A DNA stretch of 8,899 bases from Trichoplax adhaerens (lineage: Eukaryota > Animalia > Placozoa): assembly GCF_000150275.1 (NCBI RefSeq), contig NW_002061165.1, positions 1 to 8,899 of the forward strand, given 5' to 3'. Every line of letters starts with the position of its first letter. The first letter of the stretch is position 1. The translations under genes and the position numbers were made by a program. The notes beneath the pieces were generated by a model. The model worked only from the letters and a program-made list of their open reading frames with translations. It did not search any database and had not been told where the DNA came from. Of this stretch, positions 7,903-8,899 are shown one piece after another.

Positions 7903-8899
7903 TGAGAAAGTGATCATCCATTATCGGTTGATCATCATCATCATACCCTAGTCCACATTGACCAAGTAGTCTTGATGCTTGAATACCAGTTGGACGATCG
8001 ACAGTTGTCGTAAATTCCTAATCTAGTAGACAAATAACATCCATCAATCGATTGGAGGTGCGCGCTACTCATGGATCCAATAAAAAACACCAGCTGTGAA
8101 ATGGACAGCAATTCTGTCATACAATACCAACATGATCGCACAGTACCCTAACTGGATCATTCTATTCTCATGTCGCCATCCATCGTGTAATGCAGCCGAT
8201 CATGACTATCTTGTCATTCCTCTAGGTATAAGCCGTTTCATTGACTTTACATCCACTAGTCGTCAAGTGGCTTTTTCTCTCCAGTTTAGACAATCGTCAT
8301 CCACTTGTACATACGGTATGACTTTTTCTCACTTTTATTGTTGATCCACGCCATAACTTGATACAACATCTTGCCAAGCAAACCCCCCCAAAAGGCACTA
8401 CTGTACTAGAGGATCTTGTGATGAGCGTTTTGGTTGCATTTTTAAAAATGGAGATGATCTTGTTTTTTTAGAGGGAGGGGGGCGACTTGTTATTCACTCT
8501 CTCTCCTTCTACTTGTTCTTGCATAAACTATCGATCAATGCCTATAGGTCATACACACACCAAATCGAGATGGATTAATTAACTGTAACAATACGCGTAC
8601 CTTTAGCTAGTCCAACAATGTGGACGTAGAAATTAATATTGTATTTTTTTTCTCTCTCTCTCCACGTTGAAACTGATGGAACAGATTGGAGGATTTCTTC
8701 CATGTCCGATCCTAGTCCAAGAAATAGCACAGTCATAACAGAAAGAAATTATCATCATTCCAATCAGACAATCCATTCACGATCATTTCTTGTTGGCAAG
8801 AAAAAGCAAAGCGCCATTTCAACCGAAATACCTTGTACTGCAAGTGAAATTCCTCTTTGGCTAAATCAAACAATTTATTGTATGATTATCGACTCCAGT

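Larger units (their letters stand above)
7370..8340 (-). pseudogene. Possible decayed intron-containing gene fragment, product unknown
   Basis: Minus-strand G|GTATG donor-like site at 7946, followed by (GAT)n and a (CT)11 pyrimidine tract but no clean AG acceptor. Flanking short protein-like stretches (TVDRPTGIQASRLLGQCGLG; YDKWKVRQLVDCMHRLLNTNWD; track ORF 7368..7559) match no family I recognise. Confidence 0.15.

Overview
This is AT-rich (roughly 40% GC by eye), eukaryote-looking DNA. It has microsatellites, CCAAT/E-box/CRE motifs and no operon structure, and I can support no intact protein-coding gene, RNA gene, CRISPR array or transposase. The style resembles a fungal (possibly Mucorales-like) gene-poor region, but that is inference only. 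Contents: (i) two heavily decayed, divergently oriented F-box/LRR(RNI)-like gene relics (minus ~2880->1420; plus ~3001->4819); (ii) a 90-bp tandem array of two alternating 43/47-bp subunits, each starting with TGCGATGTAT (4859-5398); (iii) a ~251/281-bp tandem duplication rich in inverted repeats (6771-7302); (iv) several microsatellites. Two window-wide signals stand out. First, the interrupted palindrome TACWGTA is strongly over-represented (about 35 copies by hand count versus about 2 expected). Second, a CpA/TpG->TpA (RIP-like) mutational signature appears independently in the pseudogene stop spectrum (only TAA/TAG, no TGA over 409 codons), in the duplication and in the array variants. All counts are by hand and should be recomputed.
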